A stretch of 64,000 nt of DNA from an uncultured virus (IMG/VR IMGVR_UViG_3300037963_002983) (taxonomy: Duplodnaviria > Heunggongvirae > Uroviricota > Caudoviricetes), in the IMG/VR virus record IMGVR_UViG_3300037963_002983; one strand, given 5' to 3'. The notes under the pieces are model-generated. The model was not told where the DNA came from. It saw nothing but the letters and a program-made list of their open reading frames with translations, and did not search any database. The stretch's first letter is position 1; the number at the start of each line of letters is the position of its first letter. Positions 47,730-57,451 of this stretch are shown piece after piece. The translations under genes and the position numbers were made by a program.

Positions 47730-49163
47730 ATGATAAAAGGAACAGAAGAACAAGAAGAAATATGGAATGAAATAGTGAACACAAACAATGATGTAATAGT
47801 CAATGCCGGTGCAGGAACAGGTAAGACTTTCACAATTGTAGAAGGTGCTAATAGAGTAAATGCTAGTAGAATGGGATTCTTAGCATTCAACAAATCTATC
47901 GCAACTGAACTTGCTGAAAGACTACCCGAACATGTAGAAGCAAAGACATTTCACGCATTAGGTATGAAAGCCGTTAGAGATGCAGTTGGTAGAACTAAAG
48001 TAAACAATTGGAAAGTAAAGAATATTATTGATGGTATTCTTGGCCGAGATTACTTTGCTCAACCACTTGTCAAACTAATTAGTTTAGTCAAAGGTTCAAT
48101 GATTGATTGCACAGATAACAAAGAAATCTATAAGTTAATTGATGAATATAATATTGAGTTCAAAACACCTAGAGAAGAAGTCATGGGTGTTGATTTAGTA
48201 TGTCAAATACTTGATGAGTGCAAGAAACAAACTAATGAGATTGACTTTGATGATATGATTTGGCTACCACTAGTCAATGACTATCCTCTACCACAATTCG
48301 ATATTTTGTTTGTAGATGAAGCACAGGACTTTAATGAAATGCAAAGACAACTAGTTTTGGCTTGTACCCAATTAGGTAGATGTATTATTGTTGGAGACAA
48401 AAATCAAGCAATTTATGGCTTTAGAGGAGCAGATAGCGGAAGCATGTCTATCTTTGAAAATCAACTCAAGGCGAGAGGTAGCACTGTAAACTCTTTTGGA
48501 TTAACTCTAACATGGCGTTGTCCTAAATCAGTAGTTGCCGAAGCAAATAGATATGTCAAAGAATTTAATTGTTTAGAAACTGCGGAAGATGGACAAGTTC
48601 ATGTAAACGCATATCTAAACCCACAAAAGGGCGATATGGTTTTGTGTAGATATAATGCACCACTAGTTAGTGCATTCTATGATTTAATTACACAGGGTAA
48701 ATCAGCATATATTCTAGGTAGAGATATGCACAAAGGTTTAGTAAATTATGTTAAGAAAATCACAAAGCATAACAACATGTCAAGTGAAGAATTTATGAAT
48801 CTATTAACAGTTGATTTTAAAGTTAATCATGCTAAGTTAATAGATGCTGATAAGCAAAATCAAGCAAACACACTTAGCGATAAGTTTGAGTGTGTAAAGA
48901 TATTTGCATCAAAGGCTGATACTGTTGGTGGAATAATTGCTGAAATTGAAAGACTGTTTAACAGTAAGACAAAAGGCGATATTCAATTATCAACAGTTCA
49001 CAAGGCTAAAGGTCTTGAGGCTGATAATGTATTTATCCTAGCAACTGAAAGAATGCCACATCCTAAAGCAACTAATATGCAAGAGGAAAGAAACATTTGT
49101 TATGTTGCTATAACAAGGGCTAAGAAAAACCTATATTATTGTGGGCCACGCCCTAAGAACTGA
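47730..49163 (+). CDS. uvrD: SF1 (UvrD/Rep-like) helicase
   Basis: AGAGTGKT, VDEAQD, VGDKNQAIYGFRGA, STVHKAKGLE, YVAITRAK. Confidence 0.92.
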   Translation: MIKGTEEQEEIWNEIVNTNNDVIVNAGAGTGKTFTIVEGANRVNASRMGFLAFNKSIATELAERLPEHVEAKTFHALGMKAVRDAVGRTKVNNWKVKNIIDGILGRDYFAQPLVKLISLVKGSMIDCTDNKEIYKLIDEYNIEFKTPREEVMGVDLVCQILDECKKQTNEIDFDDMIWLPLVNDYPLPQFDILFVDEAQDFNEMQRQLVLACTQLGRCIIVGDKNQAIYGFRGADSGSMSIFENQLKARGSTVNSFGLTLTWRCPKSVVAEANRYVKEFNCLETAEDGQVHVNAYLNPQKGDMVLCRYNAPLVSAFYDLITQGKSAYILGRDMHKGLVNYVKKITKHNNMSSEEFMNLLTVDFKVNHAKLIDADKQNQANTLSDKFECVKIFASKADTVGGIIAEIERLFNSKTKGDIQLSTVHKAKGLEADNVFILATERMPHPKATNMQEERNICYVAITRAKKNLYYCGPRPKN

Positions 49164-49284
49164 ATGGCTGATAGATTAAGCGTCGAGTTCTATTACATGC
49201 TACCTTTAATACAGATAGCGTGTTTTGGACTCTTCGCTTTGTTTGTCACAACAATAATGAAAATATATGAATGGAGGAATAAAA

Positions 49285-50619
49285 ATGGAAAGAGAAGAAG
49301 AGTTGAGTAGCGAAAGTTACATGAATGGTGATGGAACTATTAAGTTCAAAAGAAGTCTAGGTAATGGGCATTGGGATAAAAAACTAAAGGATAATCTAGT
49401 AGCATTATCTAATGCTGATAACTACGATGAAGCAAAACATGAATGGATTGCTACCGGAAAAGTTTGGCATAGAACACATACTAATCAAGCAAGGCCAACT
49501 TGGGTTAATGAACACGCAGGTAAATGTCTATGTGGACATAGAGTAGTTTATCATTTTCACATCAAGAATACTGAGAATGGTAATGAGGATTGTGTAGGTA
49601 GTGAACACATTGGTTCTTATCTTATTCTTAGAGAAATTAAGGAAAGAACAGGACTGAAAAATTCGGAGATTACTGATGAAATGATTCAAGAATGGATTAA
49701 TACAAGAACACAATCTATGATTGCTACCGCTTGGTGGCATGAGAACGGTGAACACTTTACACAGATGTTTGATAAAATCAAAGAGGCTGACTTAAGAATT
49801 AACAGTAAGCGTAAAAATATGTATTGGTGTCATACTACTAAGAAATACAAATATAGCCTTCAAATTTTGAAGAAAGGCTTTGGAAAATTTGGTGATGATG
49901 ATTATCAAATGTCTTCTATTGTTTGGAGATGGAATCATCCCGAAAATAGCAGGAGGCAAATAGATAGTAGAGGTTATCCTAATGATAAATTATGGGCTGA
50001 TTTAGTTTTGTTTAGTGTTATGTATGATATGAAATATAAGGCTCAACTAGAAGCGGAAGATGCTATGCTTGAAGAAAGAACACAAAGACAACTTGAGAGA
50101 TTTGAACAACAAAGAATACAACGAGAACGAAGAGAAGCAGAACGCATCGAAAGACAAAGACAATATGAGATTAGACGACAACAACAACAAGAAGAGTTTG
50201 AAGCCAATGAAAAGATTCGCAAGGCTAAACTAAGGATTACTGATAGAGATAAGTTCGCTGATGAGAAGAAACAATTAGATGATTTTTCACAATTTAATAA
50301 TCAAGAGATTGAAGAGTTCAAAAACATGTGCGATTACTATGGTATTCCTGCATATGATGGTTCTTTCCCGATAAGTGTTTGGGAATCTACTTTCTTGTTA
50401 GATATTAGAACAAGATTATCAAGAGGCAGGGAGTTATCTAGTAGTCAACTACAAACACTCAAGAAAATATGTGTTAGTGAAAAGGCCACTGAAAAACAGA
50501 TTGACTATCTTTGGAGTCTAGGTTATGAAGACGATACTACCACTCTAAGTAAGAGAATGGCAAGTGCTTTAATTACTGCCAAGAAACAATATGATGTATT
50601 TGAGATAGTGAGGGATTAA
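49285..50619 (+). CDS. Zn-binding coiled-coil hypothetical protein
   Basis: CLCGH...VGSEHI; R/E/Q-rich coil. Confidence 0.6.
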   Translation: MEREEELSSESYMNGDGTIKFKRSLGNGHWDKKLKDNLVALSNADNYDEAKHEWIATGKVWHRTHTNQARPTWVNEHAGKCLCGHRVVYHFHIKNTENGNEDCVGSEHIGSYLILREIKERTGLKNSEITDEMIQEWINTRTQSMIATAWWHENGEHFTQMFDKIKEADLRINSKRKNMYWCHTTKKYKYSLQILKKGFGKFGDDDYQMSSIVWRWNHPENSRRQIDSRGYPNDKLWADLVLFSVMYDMKYKAQLEAEDAMLEERTQRQLERFEQQRIQRERREAERIERQRQYEIRRQQQQEEFEANEKIRKAKLRITDRDKFADEKKQLDDFSQFNNQEIEEFKNMCDYYGIPAYDGSFPISVWESTFLLDIRTRLSRGRELSSSQLQTLKKICVSEKATEKQIDYLWSLGYEDDTTTLSKRMASALITAKKQYDVFEIVRD

Positions 50620-50799
50620 ATGACACAAAAGAAGAAAAGACAAACTCGCAGTAAGCCAAAAGAAGACTTAAACAAGGATGGGGAATATCTTGTTGGGCTG
50701 ATAAAAGAATTTGATAAGTTTCTTGATGAGAATAAACATCTAAGAGCAAGAAAATTCATAGAAGCCTACAAGAAATTCTTCAAGGGTCAATTATGATTC

Positions 50800-51039
50800 T
50801 TGGTGATTAAGTTGTTCAATTGGATAAAGCGGTTCTTTGTAAAAGAACACAAAGAAAAAGTTCCTAAATGCTATAAGTGTGGCCTAATGGCTTCAATCAT
50901 GGTATTCATGGAAATAAAAACATTAGAACTAGAAGATATAGACGACAATATTCTAGTCCAACTTTGTAGTCATTGTCATACAGAACTACATGAACTGTAT
51001 GACAAGGACTACATACCCCCAATAATAAAAGAGGAATAA
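50800..51039 (+). CDS. Small zinc-finger protein
   Basis: CYKC...CSHCH. Confidence 0.5.
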   Translation: MVIKLFNWIKRFFVKEHKEKVPKCYKCGLMASIMVFMEIKTLELEDIDDNILVQLCSHCHTELHELYDKDYIPPIIKEE

Positions 51040-51041
51040 AA

Positions 51042-51263
51042 ATGGAAACAGAAGAAATATGGAAATTATTAGAACAAGGATTCGGCGGTGTGCTTGAATC
51101 TACGAATAAGGAAGAAAGAGATTATTACCTAGCAAAAAGTATAGAAGGATTAGACATTGGTTTAGGTCATTTCAAAGAAAATTGTAATGCTTCAAACTTT
51201 AATGGTATGGTTTTGGCTATGTTGTCTTTACAGTATTGGACACAAAAGAAGGTGATTGAATGA
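51042..51263 (+). CDS. Hypothetical protein
   Basis: GAGG RBS. Confidence 0.5.
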   Translation: METEEIWKLLEQGFGGVLESTNKEERDYYLAKSIEGLDIGLGHFKENCNASNFNGMVLAMLSLQYWTQKKVIE

Positions 51264-51886
51264 ATATATTCGCATTATCAAAAGACCCTAAAGAATCAGC
51301 AAGACAAATGCTAGATAAGCACATAGTTAAAATGCCAACTGAAAGTTGCCAAATGTTACATACTAATGCGTTATTTAATGAGTTTGTTGATAGATACGGA
51401 TATGAACCAAGTCTAAAAAGACTCAAGGAATATCATCAAGAGATTGAATCAACTTTGATGAAACCTGCTATGCTTAATCATCCTAGCACTATTTGGGCTA
51501 GACAAAGTATTCACAATACCATGTGGCTATTTGAACATGCTATAACATTATGTGTAGAATATACTTACAGATATGGTAAAGTTCATGGAACGCATGCTAG
51601 AATACTATCTACTCCAATAGACTATGATGGTGATTCTAAACTAGCAACGCCCGTTGATGTTGCTATGGCTGATATATATAGAATAGGTAATGAGTATGGT
51701 GGACATTGTTGGGAATTTGTAATAGATTCTTACAGGCATTATTACCTTGAAGGCAAGTGGAAGTTTGCTGAGTGGCGTAAAGATAGGATGCCTAATTGGT
51801 GGCCTAAAGACCACTTCAAGAACAAAAGAAATAAAGAGATTATGGCATTCAATGAAAGATTTGGTGCTAGTATAGAATTAATGTGA
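51260..51886 (+). CDS. Pyrimidine dimer DNA glycosylase (DenV)-like protein
   Basis: MNIFAL..DP..SA...LDKHIVKM..E..QML, NHPSTIWAR, EYTYRYGKVH. Confidence 0.75.
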   Translation: MNIFALSKDPKESARQMLDKHIVKMPTESCQMLHTNALFNEFVDRYGYEPSLKRLKEYHQEIESTLMKPAMLNHPSTIWARQSIHNTMWLFEHAITLCVEYTYRYGKVHGTHARILSTPIDYDGDSKLATPVDVAMADIYRIGNEYGGHCWEFVIDSYRHYYLEGKWKFAEWRKDRMPNWWPKDHFKNKRNKEIMAFNERFGASIELM

Positions 51887-52062
51887 GGAATAAAAATGGA
51901 ATATAATATATGGAATTTACCCGATGAGATGTGGGCCTTGTATGAGGTTTTTTGTTCAATAGATTGGAATAAACCCGAAGAACAAACCCCTAAAGAAAAA
52001 ACACTGCTTAATGCGATAATAGCAAAACAAAAGAAAATAATACAATTGATGGATGAATAAAA

Positions 52063-52359
52063 ATGGAATGTAATGAATGTAATGGAACAGGATGGATAAA
52101 AACTTGGAATCATAGCCACGATGTTATGATGAGAGAACAATGCTATGTTTGCATGGCCAATGAAAAACATATGCAGGACTTGATACTAGAGGTAAGTAAA
52201 ATGCTCTCTAGTATAAGTAAACAAAGATTAGCGAAAGCATTCGCCACAAAACTTATTGATTTAACCGATAGGTTTTGTGCAAGTGACTTTTCTAATGTAG
52301 AAATGGCAATAAAAAATAAAGATGTGGAGACTATCTTCATGTCAATGGAAGTGATATAA
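52063..52359 (+). CDS. CxxCxGxG zinc-finger protein
   Basis: CNECNGTG...CYVC. Confidence 0.55.
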   Translation: MECNECNGTGWIKTWNHSHDVMMREQCYVCMANEKHMQDLILEVSKMLSSISKQRLAKAFATKLIDLTDRFCASDFSNVEMAIKNKDVETIFMSMEVI

Positions 52360-52628
52360 TGAAAAGACAAGTAGAATTTAATGTAGTAAGCGATTTGGAA
52401 TTACCACCGATGGTAATTTCAATGAATGAAGATGATGAACCAAAGGTTATGTTGAACACTCAACATAAAATATGGTTGTCTTTAAATAGACGATTATTAG
52501 TAGGAATCTTTGATGCCCTGCCGGAAAAATTGGATATGATTTTAGACGGATATTTGAGGGAACAAAGGTTATTTGAAATTGATGATAATGACATGCAAAA
52601 GCAAATTAATGGTGATATTGATGGATAA
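52359..52628 (+). CDS. Hypothetical protein
   Basis: Translationally coupled ORF. Confidence 0.55.
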   Translation: MKRQVEFNVVSDLELPPMVISMNEDDEPKVMLNTQHKIWLSLNRRLLVGIFDALPEKLDMILDGYLREQRLFEIDDNDMQKQINGDIDG

Positions 52629-52725
52629 GTTAATTATTAATTCAACACCAAGCATTCACTCTTGTAGTGAAAACAGGCTCGCTTTAAATAGTGATTAAAC
52701 AAAGAAGAAAATAGGAGAAATAGAT

Positions 52726-52929
52726 ATGATAAAATTGATAGTACAAAATGAAACAGGACACACCGAATTACAACTTGCTAGTTCGGAAGTAATTGAACAA
52801 ATAGACACACACCCTACACATTGGGTTTTTGTTGATGATGTAATGGTTAGCCGTGAAACCATCAATGAAATCAATTGGGATGAAGTATCGGAAGTGCAAT
52901 TGACCCCTGCCATTGTAGGTGGACAATAA
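52726..52929 (+). CDS. Ubiquitin-like (beta-grasp, ThiS/MoaD/SAMP-like) protein
   Basis: 67 aa; WVFVDD...EVQLTPAIVGG-Q. Confidence 0.75.
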   Translation: MIKLIVQNETGHTELQLASSEVIEQIDTHPTHWVFVDDVMVSRETINEINWDEVSEVQLTPAIVGGQ

Positions 52930-52963
52930 GCATAGATAGTTTATCTTCTTTGATTGTGGATAA

Positions 52964-52993
52964 GGAGGGAAGAGGCTTAGGCTTCTTCCCTCC
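52964..52993 (+). terminator. GC-rich hairpin with C-TTAG-G loop
   Basis: GGAGGGAAGAGGC-TTAG-GCTTCTTCCCTCC. Confidence 0.55.
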
Positions 52994-53017
52994 ATTTAAT
53001 AAGAGAGAGACATAACC

Positions 53018-53377
53018 ATGCACACCATGAAGTTGGAAGACTTCGCTAAGTGTGCTTACTCGTTTATGTTAGATATTGATACAATATCTAATATCAATAG
53101 AGAGTTTAACCTAAAAAGATTTTTTGTAATCTTAGGAGGGTATGGTAGTGAGAGTAGAAAGAAATATCTATTGAATCAAGAATTAGATAATTTTTTGTGG
53201 GATAACCCCGAAGCAATAGATATTGGCTTTACTAATTGGAAAAGTATAAACTTACCAATTAGATTAGAAGCATTTCTTTATCACGACGATAACTGCGAAA
53301 CTCAATGTAAAATATGCAAATTTAATAAAAATTGGAGAGAGATATATGAAAGAAAAAGACCCGAACTATGTCAGTAG
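53018..53377 (+). CDS. Hypothetical protein with H/C motif
   Basis: HDDNC...CKIC. Confidence 0.5.
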   Translation: MHTMKLEDFAKCAYSFMLDIDTISNINREFNLKRFFVILGGYGSESRKKYLLNQELDNFLWDNPEAIDIGFTNWKSINLPIRLEAFLYHDDNCETQCKICKFNKNWREIYERKRPELCQ

Positions 53378-53513
53378 TCATAGAGCGTATAAGAAAAGAA
53401 TTGCTACTAGATGCCGTATATGCGGTGGACAACTATTGTTGCCCGAAGAAATAAAAATGGAAAGACACGCCGAATGCGGTCTTAAACCAAAATCAAAAAT
53501 ATATATGATGTGA
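53346..53513 (+). CDS. 55 aa zinc-finger protein (not in the ORF track)
   Basis: RCRICGGQL...HAEC; GGAG RBS. Confidence 0.5.
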   Translation: MKEKDPNYVSSHRAYKKRIATRCRICGGQLLLPEEIKMERHAECGLKPKSKIYMM

Positions 53514-53517
53514 TAAT

Positions 53518-54663
53518 ATGAGAGAAATAAGAATGAGAATAAGTAAGCCTCAAGACGGAGGGATTGATTATGCGACTATTATTAGCAGTGATTTGTTTGA
53601 AAGAGCAGGTCATGTTATGCAAACAATTTACCCCGATAGAGGCGCAAAAGACCCACTTCATCACTCAATAAAGTTATGGTTCAAACAAATGCTAACTAAG
53701 CCTAAAACAACTAGATGGGGACATACTAATAGTAAGCCCAATCAATTGAGGGAAGGTGATTTTGAAGGAGTATTCTACATAAAACAATGCCCTATATCTT
53801 TGATTAGAAAGGGCAGTAAGTATAGAATAAATGGTAAAGCGGAAAGTATCGCTACCATTAGTAATGTGCTTGCTAGAGTATTGTTTAAATCCTGCTTTAC
53901 TGATGATAACGGAGAATTGATGAAAACTTTATTTTCAGCACTAAGCCTATCCGAAGACATAAAATATGTCTTGGAAAATAGAGTTCCTTATCATTTCTTT
54001 AATGACTTTGCTAAGGAAGAAGTAAGATTAAATGTTGCTCAAATAGGAGATAAAGAATTTGCCTTAGAGATTGGTGACGGTGTTTGGGGTAATATGTCAA
54101 TGAAAGATTTACAGTCCTTTTGTGGCTATTATATACATGGTAGACAAAATAGTAAATTTAAGAGAATGGGCCTAAAAAGACTCTATCAAACTATTATTGG
54201 TGAAGAACCTTTAGTTTCGGACATTAAGAGAATGAAAGCATTCTTGATGCAAAATAGAACACAAGACTTGGTGGAGAATAGGGCTAAGCAATTATTAACA
54301 GATATGGCTAACAAACATCCTACTAGAATAAAAATGGTATGGGATGATGGAGAACCACAGACTATGTATGTTGTTGGTAATGAATATGATTGGAAGTTAC
54401 AGAATAGCCAATTCAAAAGTAACATACAAATGGTATCTACTTTTGTATATCAACCTAAAGGAGACGGTAAGAAATGGGGTTGGGTAGGCCCAATTTGTAT
54501 AGATAATATGGCTAGAGGTTCTTCTCTAGGCGACCAATTCGCAACAAGAGCATTAGCAGTTATGAATGATAATTTAACGGTAGCAAGAGTAAATACGATT
54601 AAAGGCTACCTAAAAACAAAACCAAATAAAAAACAAAGAGTTGATATTGATGAAATGTCTTGA
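53518..54663 (+). CDS. Hypothetical protein, possibly with a C-terminal E2-like domain
   Basis: GPICID resembles the E2 active-site GxIC motif; lies between the Ubl and E1 genes. Confidence 0.4.
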   Translation: MREIRMRISKPQDGGIDYATIISSDLFERAGHVMQTIYPDRGAKDPLHHSIKLWFKQMLTKPKTTRWGHTNSKPNQLREGDFEGVFYIKQCPISLIRKGSKYRINGKAESIATISNVLARVLFKSCFTDDNGELMKTLFSALSLSEDIKYVLENRVPYHFFNDFAKEEVRLNVAQIGDKEFALEIGDGVWGNMSMKDLQSFCGYYIHGRQNSKFKRMGLKRLYQTIIGEEPLVSDIKRMKAFLMQNRTQDLVENRAKQLLTDMANKHPTRIKMVWDDGEPQTMYVVGNEYDWKLQNSQFKSNIQMVSTFVYQPKGDGKKWGWVGPICIDNMARGSSLGDQFATRALAVMNDNLTVARVNTIKGYLKTKPNKKQRVDIDEMS

Positions 54664-55483
54664 ATGTAATGGAAATAAATTTACAATGAATGAAAGAATG
54701 GGAGAACTAACTTGTAATGATTGTGGCCTAGTAGCCATAACCGAGTTGTTTGAGCAGAGCGTAAGTTCTTTCGATAGAAAGGGAGACTTAATTCACTCGC
54801 CGGACAAAGTATTAGGTTCAGCCCCTACTAGTTTAGTTCCTAGTTGGGCCAAATCTAATAATGTTCATTTGGAAAATGGGCTTAGAATGTGTAATATGTT
54901 GTTATCAACATTGATGCCAAAACACCCATTGAAAGATAGAGTCGAAGAGTGCTATATTCAACTATACAGAAAGAATGTTTTGACTACTCTAGGTATTGAA
55001 GAAAAAGCAACTGCGGTTGTTTATTATGTTCTAAAAGAAAACAGAACTCCTATTCCACTCAAGGAATTAAGGAGAGAATTTTCTTGTAATACTAGAACTT
55101 TGAACAGGGCAATAAAAAGAATTAACAAACACTATAATGCTCCTAGAAAGGATGGAGCAGACCCAACTTACATGTTGAAAAGAATAACTTCTAAAATAAC
55201 ACTTGATTTGGAGTTTGCTTCAAAGTGTCAAGAAGTATTAGAAGTGTTTGAAACAATAACTAAAGATATGGATTGTGCTAAAGGCACAGTCTATTATGCT
55301 AGTATTTGTTGGATTACTAAGAATATGTTTTTGCATCCAATAAAACAAAAAGATATTGCGAGAAAGGCCAAAGTGTCTATCTCGTCGATAAAATTAACCA
55401 CAAAGAAACTGTTGGCTTTGATTGGTTATGAGAATTGTTCTCAAATAAAAGGAAAACAGATAAATGAAATAAGGAGAAATTGA
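54650..55483 (+). CDS. tfb: Transcription factor TFIIB/TFB homolog
   Basis: CLEC...GELTCNDCGLV zinc ribbon followed by two cyclin-like repeats with HTH. Confidence 0.8.
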   Translation: MKCLECNGNKFTMNERMGELTCNDCGLVAITELFEQSVSSFDRKGDLIHSPDKVLGSAPTSLVPSWAKSNNVHLENGLRMCNMLLSTLMPKHPLKDRVEECYIQLYRKNVLTTLGIEEKATAVVYYVLKENRTPIPLKELRREFSCNTRTLNRAIKRINKHYNAPRKDGADPTYMLKRITSKITLDLEFASKCQEVLEVFETITKDMDCAKGTVYYASICWITKNMFLHPIKQKDIARKAKVSISSIKLTTKKLLALIGYENCSQIKGKQINEIRRN

Positions 55484-55484
55484 A

Positions 55485-55694
55485 ATGAATGATGATGATA
55501 TAACAATATGGAATATAACCTTTGATGTAGACGGTAAACTCTATGTCTTGGATGAAATGAAAGTAGGAACAAATGTGCATGGAATAATTAAGTTAATGCA
55601 AGATAATGTAACTATGAATGATATTAAACCGATAGATAAGTTTGATATTAGAGCAATTTTAGGCCATGAAGGTTTTAGGGAAGTGGAAGAATGA
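55485..55694 (+). CDS. Hypothetical protein
   Basis: GGAG RBS. Confidence 0.5.
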   Translation: MNDDDITIWNITFDVDGKLYVLDEMKVGTNVHGIIKLMQDNVTMNDIKPIDKFDIRAILGHEGFREVEE

Positions 55695-55906
55695 ATAATG
55701 AAGAAAAGACAAGAAAATTTAAGTTAAATAATGAAATGCTTTTTCTACAACATTACAATGAAATGATGAGAGAAATTGATAATATGTATAAGATGGAATT
55801 GAAGAATAATTTAACTATGTTAAATAAAGAAGATTGGTTAGCCTCTTCTTTTCTATCAATGTATCTAGCGGTCAGTGCCTTTAGAAAACAGGAGGAAAAT
55901 GTATGA
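55691..55906 (+). CDS. Hypothetical protein
   Basis: ATGA overlap. Confidence 0.5.
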   Translation: MNNEEKTRKFKLNNEMLFLQHYNEMMREIDNMYKMELKNNLTMLNKEDWLASSFLSMYLAVSAFRKQEENV

Positions 55907-56457
55907 GAAAAATATTAGTAATTGGAGCAGGTGGAATAGGAAGTTATCTTATTTCATTCTTAGATAATTTAAACTTGTATGAAATACAAGTGAATGATGA
56001 TGATAAAGTAGAGACAAAGAATTTAACTTATCAAAACTTTAGTGAAGAAGAAGTTGGAAAAAATAAATCTATGGCTATGGGTAAACATAAGTGTGTTAGT
56101 ATTTCTAGCCCATATCCTATCTTAACACCACAACAACTTGAAGGTTTTGACTTAGTAGTTTGTTGTGTTGATAATTTAGGCACTAGAAGAATGCTTTACA
56201 ACTCAAATGTAAAGTGGTTGGATTTGAGGTCACAAGGTAGAAACGCCGCCTATGTGTCTTATCAAGCCGACCCATCAATGTATGATAGTTTATTGGCGGG
56301 TAAAGAAGGTTCTTTTAGTTGTCAAGGCGAGACTTGGGATGGTTCACAAGAAGGAATACATTTCATGCACATGGCTATTGCAGGTATGGGTGCTGAATGG
56401 ATTCAAAGATGGTTTAATGGTGAAAGTGTAAATTCTTTCGCCGTAGTAAATGTATGA
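55903..56457 (+). CDS. ThiF/E1-like adenylyltransferase
   Basis: VIGAGGIGS, DDDKVETKNL, DLVVCCVDN...R, candidate catalytic Cys in FSCQ. Confidence 0.85.
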   Translation: MRKILVIGAGGIGSYLISFLDNLNLYEIQVNDDDKVETKNLTYQNFSEEEVGKNKSMAMGKHKCVSISSPYPILTPQQLEGFDLVVCCVDNLGTRRMLYNSNVKWLDLRSQGRNAAYVSYQADPSMYDSLLAGKEGSFSCQGETWDGSQEGIHFMHMAIAGMGAEWIQRWFNGESVNSFAVVNV

Positions 56458-56467
56458 GGGATAAAAA

Positions 56468-56701
56468 ATGAAAGAAGGAAATATAAAAATATTAAGAAGA
56501 GTATTACAAACGAGCAGAGCATGTGTAAGGTATTCAAATATCCAACACTTTAGTTGGAAGAATACTGCATATGATAAGATTGAATTGAAAGTATATACCT
56601 CCGGTGGAGTTATTATTCAAGAAATCACTAAGGAAGAACTAGAGAAGTTTACTAAGATTTACTTCGATTATGTGGAGATGGTTGATAATGTCCGATGGTA
56701 A
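56468..56701 (+). CDS. Hypothetical protein
   Basis: 77 aa ORF. Confidence 0.5.
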   Translation: MKEGNIKILRRVLQTSRACVRYSNIQHFSWKNTAYDKIELKVYTSGGVIIQEITKEELEKFTKIYFDYVEMVDNVRW

Positions 56702-57230
56702 GTCAATAAGAGATTTTGAAAATATGGTTGAATATGAGTCAAGCATTGAAGATGCTAGAGAAAGAGCAGAACAACACATAAAAGAAACATGGGATTGTTC
56801 TGAGAATGGTAGGTTAATCGGCGCATTATTTGAGGCAATTTGGTATGCTTCAACTACAATACTACCTGCTTTAGAAGTGCAAGTTGTTATTGATGATAAT
56901 AATAATTGCCATGTTACTACGGGTTCTTCGGGCTATGTTGAGTTTGGTATGAAACCTCCTATTGGTATGAAATTACCTATCAAGTGTTGGATTCATACAC
57001 ACCCCTTCGGTAGTGCTTACTTTAGCGGTATTGATTGGAATACAGTTAATACATGGAAAAGCCAAATGCAAGAAGCCTATGTTTTAGGTGGAGTAGAACA
57101 TTATGGTTATTGGACAAATGAAAAGCCTAACTTATTAATGATTAGAAATGTAGATGTAAACGGTGAAGAATCGTTTAGGGTGCAAAACCAATATAATTTA
57201 GAATCTGAAATTAGGAGTGGAGAAGAATGA
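56688..57230 (+). CDS. JAB/MPN+ metalloisopeptidase
   Basis: E in LEVQ plus JAMM motif IHTHPFGSAYFSGID. Confidence 0.85.
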   Translation: MSDGKSIRDFENMVEYESSIEDARERAEQHIKETWDCSENGRLIGALFEAIWYASTTILPALEVQVVIDDNNNCHVTTGSSGYVEFGMKPPIGMKLPIKCWIHTHPFGSAYFSGIDWNTVNTWKSQMQEAYVLGGVEHYGYWTNEKPNLLMIRNVDVNGEESFRVQNQYNLESEIRSGEE

Positions 57231-57451
57231 AAGCAATTGGAAATTGGGTATTGGTAGAAATAGGAAAAGAAAAGACTAGTGGTGGAATTATATCTTCCGC
57301 TAACAACAAGGGCAAGGTTATTCATTGTTCTTGTGATAAGAACCTAAATGGTAGACTAGTATATTTTAGTAATAGGAATGAGTATAATTCAGTCGGTGAA
57401 TATATTGCAGTTCCTTATGAAAATATTATGGCAGTGGAGAAGATAAAATGA
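57227..57451 (+). CDS. groES: Co-chaperonin GroES-like
   Basis: AIGNWVLVE...KTSGGII...ENIMAV. Confidence 0.8.
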   Translation: MKAIGNWVLVEIGKEKTSGGIISSANNKGKVIHCSCDKNLNGRLVYFSNRNEYNSVGEYIAVPYENIMAVEKIK

